Part shown: positions 62,601-64,000 of the stretch, in pieces
Position numbering within the stretch: position 1 is the first letter of the stretch
Layout: each line of letters opens with the position of its first letter
Source: an uncultured Verrucomicrobiae bacterium
GTDB lineage: Bacteria; Verrucomicrobiota; Verrucomicrobiia; Limisphaerales; Palsa-1400
DNA length: 64,000 bases
Direction of reading: 5' to 3'
Assembly (NCBI GenBank): GCA_963707025.1
Contig: CAVPOM010000003.1
Location: 160,001-224,000 of the forward strand
The notes under the pieces: model-generated
Databases searched by the model: none
Seen by the model: only the letters and a program-made list of their open reading frames with translations
Told to the model about the DNA's origin: nothing
Position numbers and translations under genes: made by a program

Positions 62601-62840
62601 ATGAAAAAAACCAAGTCTCCTCCCCGAATTGGCCAGCAACCTTTGGCAGCCGGTCAACTCTGGCGCATGGCGGAAGGGAATCTCCAAGTGGGAAGTGTTG
62701 GCAAATTGCTCGTGCATTACAAATTGGGCAAGCCCAACGCCTTCCACGTCCCCACTTCCTGCAATTCCATAAAAGCCATTGAGAAATATCTGAAAGCGAA
62801 GAAGGCCGTCCTGGCTTACGCTCCATTAACCCCTTCGTAA
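62601..62840 (+). CDS. Small basic hypothetical protein
   Basis: AGGA ribosome-binding site; 79-aa Lys-rich ORF, LAAGQLWRM...VGKLLVHYKL. Confidence 0.6.
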   Translation: MKKTKSPPRIGQQPLAAGQLWRMAEGNLQVGSVGKLLVHYKLGKPNAFHVPTSCNSIKAIEKYLKAKKAVLAYAPLTPS

Positions 62841-62915
62841 TGCCGGATGGCTTTGAGAGAAGCCTTTTGTTTTCTTGCTCGCAGAGGGGAGGGGCCTGTG
62901 GTACAAAGGCCGCGC

Positions 62916-63414
62916 ATGAACCGTTTGTTGTTTGGCGACAATCTGAATTGGCTGCGGAACAGGGAGATTTTTCCCGACGCCAGCGTGGACCTGGTTTATT
63001 TGGACCCGCCCTTCAATTCCAACGCCGATTACAACGTGCTGTTCAGAGAAAGTTCCGGCGAAGCCAGCCAGGCCCAGTTCCACGCCTTCACCGACACCTG
63101 GAATTGGGCGGACGCCGACGCGACCTACCGCGACTTTATTGACAACTGCCCGAACACCGCTGTCGTGGAAATGGTGGAGGCGTTGCAGATGTTTTTGCGC
63201 CATTCCCCGATGATGGCGTATCTGGCCATGATGGCCCCGCGTTTGGTGGAACTGCATCGCGTCCTTAAATCTACAGGCAGCCTGTATCTCCATTGCGACC
63301 CGACCGCGAGTCATTATCTGCGAATGTTGTTGGATGGAATTTTTGGGCCAACAAATTTCCAGAACGAAATCATTTGGAAACGGACCAGCGCACATTCAGG
63401 AACAAAACGATGGG
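62916..63414 (+). pseudogene. Site-specific N6/N4 DNA methyltransferase (beta class) interrupted by IS3
   Basis: GDNL, VDLVYLDPPFNS, ELHRVLK, GSLYLHCD and NEIIWKR motifs; the sequence switches to the IS end at 63415. Confidence 0.9.
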
Positions 63415-64000
63415 TGAGGTGGACCCCATCCTTTAGACCACGGAGCGCATGAAATAAGCGCGACTTTTGCCGATTGCTGTCATTACTAATTGTAGTTGAC
63501 TACTGTTCATTCCGTGTTTCAAAACCCTTTCGAAAAGAGAGAACGAGCGATGCGGAGCACTGCCCGTCCTCCCTCTCCGTTTTCTTAGGGTTCTCAACTC
63601 TACCGCCGCAGGCGGTCTGATTTCAAGCCTTTTCCTGCCGCCTGCCTCTCTGTCAAGTGCTGCGATCGCTCCTGCCTCTGGCAGGTTGCATCGCTTCCCA
63701 TTTGGCCGGTTGGGCTCCATGCGTGCCGGGATCAAAATACGCGTCCGCCGGCGTCGCATAGCCCAACGCCTGGTGCGGTCGTTCCCGGTTGTAGCCGTCA
63801 AACCACCGGCCCAGTCCGCGCCCTGCCGCCAACCCGTCGCCATAGTCTTGCAAATAAATGTCCTCATACTTGGCGCTCCGCCACAGCCGCTCGATAAACC
63901 GGTTGTCCATCCAGCGACCCCGTCCGTCCATGCTCACGTCCACCCCCGCCGATTCCACCGCATCGATAAACATCGGGGAGGTGAACTGCGATCCCTGGTC
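63415..64000 (-). mobile_element. Second, inverted copy of the IS3 element (partial at window edge)
   Basis: Reverse complement of about 18673-19257; starts TGAGGTGGACCCCATCC and is preceded by GGG. Confidence 0.96.

Overview
GC-rich bacterial window whose gene content points to Verrucomicrobiota, Pedosphaera/Limisphaera-like (inference from H-X9-DG prepilin-like proteins, a PEP-CTERM protein, ThuA/DUF1080 proteins, giant LamG/Ig proteins and futalosine-pathway genes). From left to right it holds: a partial HTH-nucleotidyltransferase; mqnE-mqnA; a ThuA/epimerase/Gfo-Idh-MocA sugar cluster; an operon of glycyl-radical activase, 4-hydroxyproline dehydratase (hypD-like) and putA; an R-M pair whose endonuclease is split by an IS3 element; a PEP-CTERM gene; a large ASKHA-type CoA-enzyme activase; several secreted proteins; a PadR cassette between direct repeats; a GxxExxY gene tightly bracketed by 25-bp inverted repeats; an amidase; glnE; a pilin-like/TPR-sulfotransferase/two-giant-lectin locus with a 2.7-kb tandem duplication; a two-component module; a PUR-family gene; and a second MTase split by an inverted copy of the same IS3. 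The strongest novelty candidates are the IR-bounded GxxExxY unit, the hypD-putA coupling, the N-terminus-swapped giant lectin pair and a three-copy non-coding element. Five genes carry frameshifts, four of them in short homopolymers, which probably reflect assembly error. All family assignments come from motif recognition by eye; no database search was run. I saw no rRNA, tRNA or CRISPR array.
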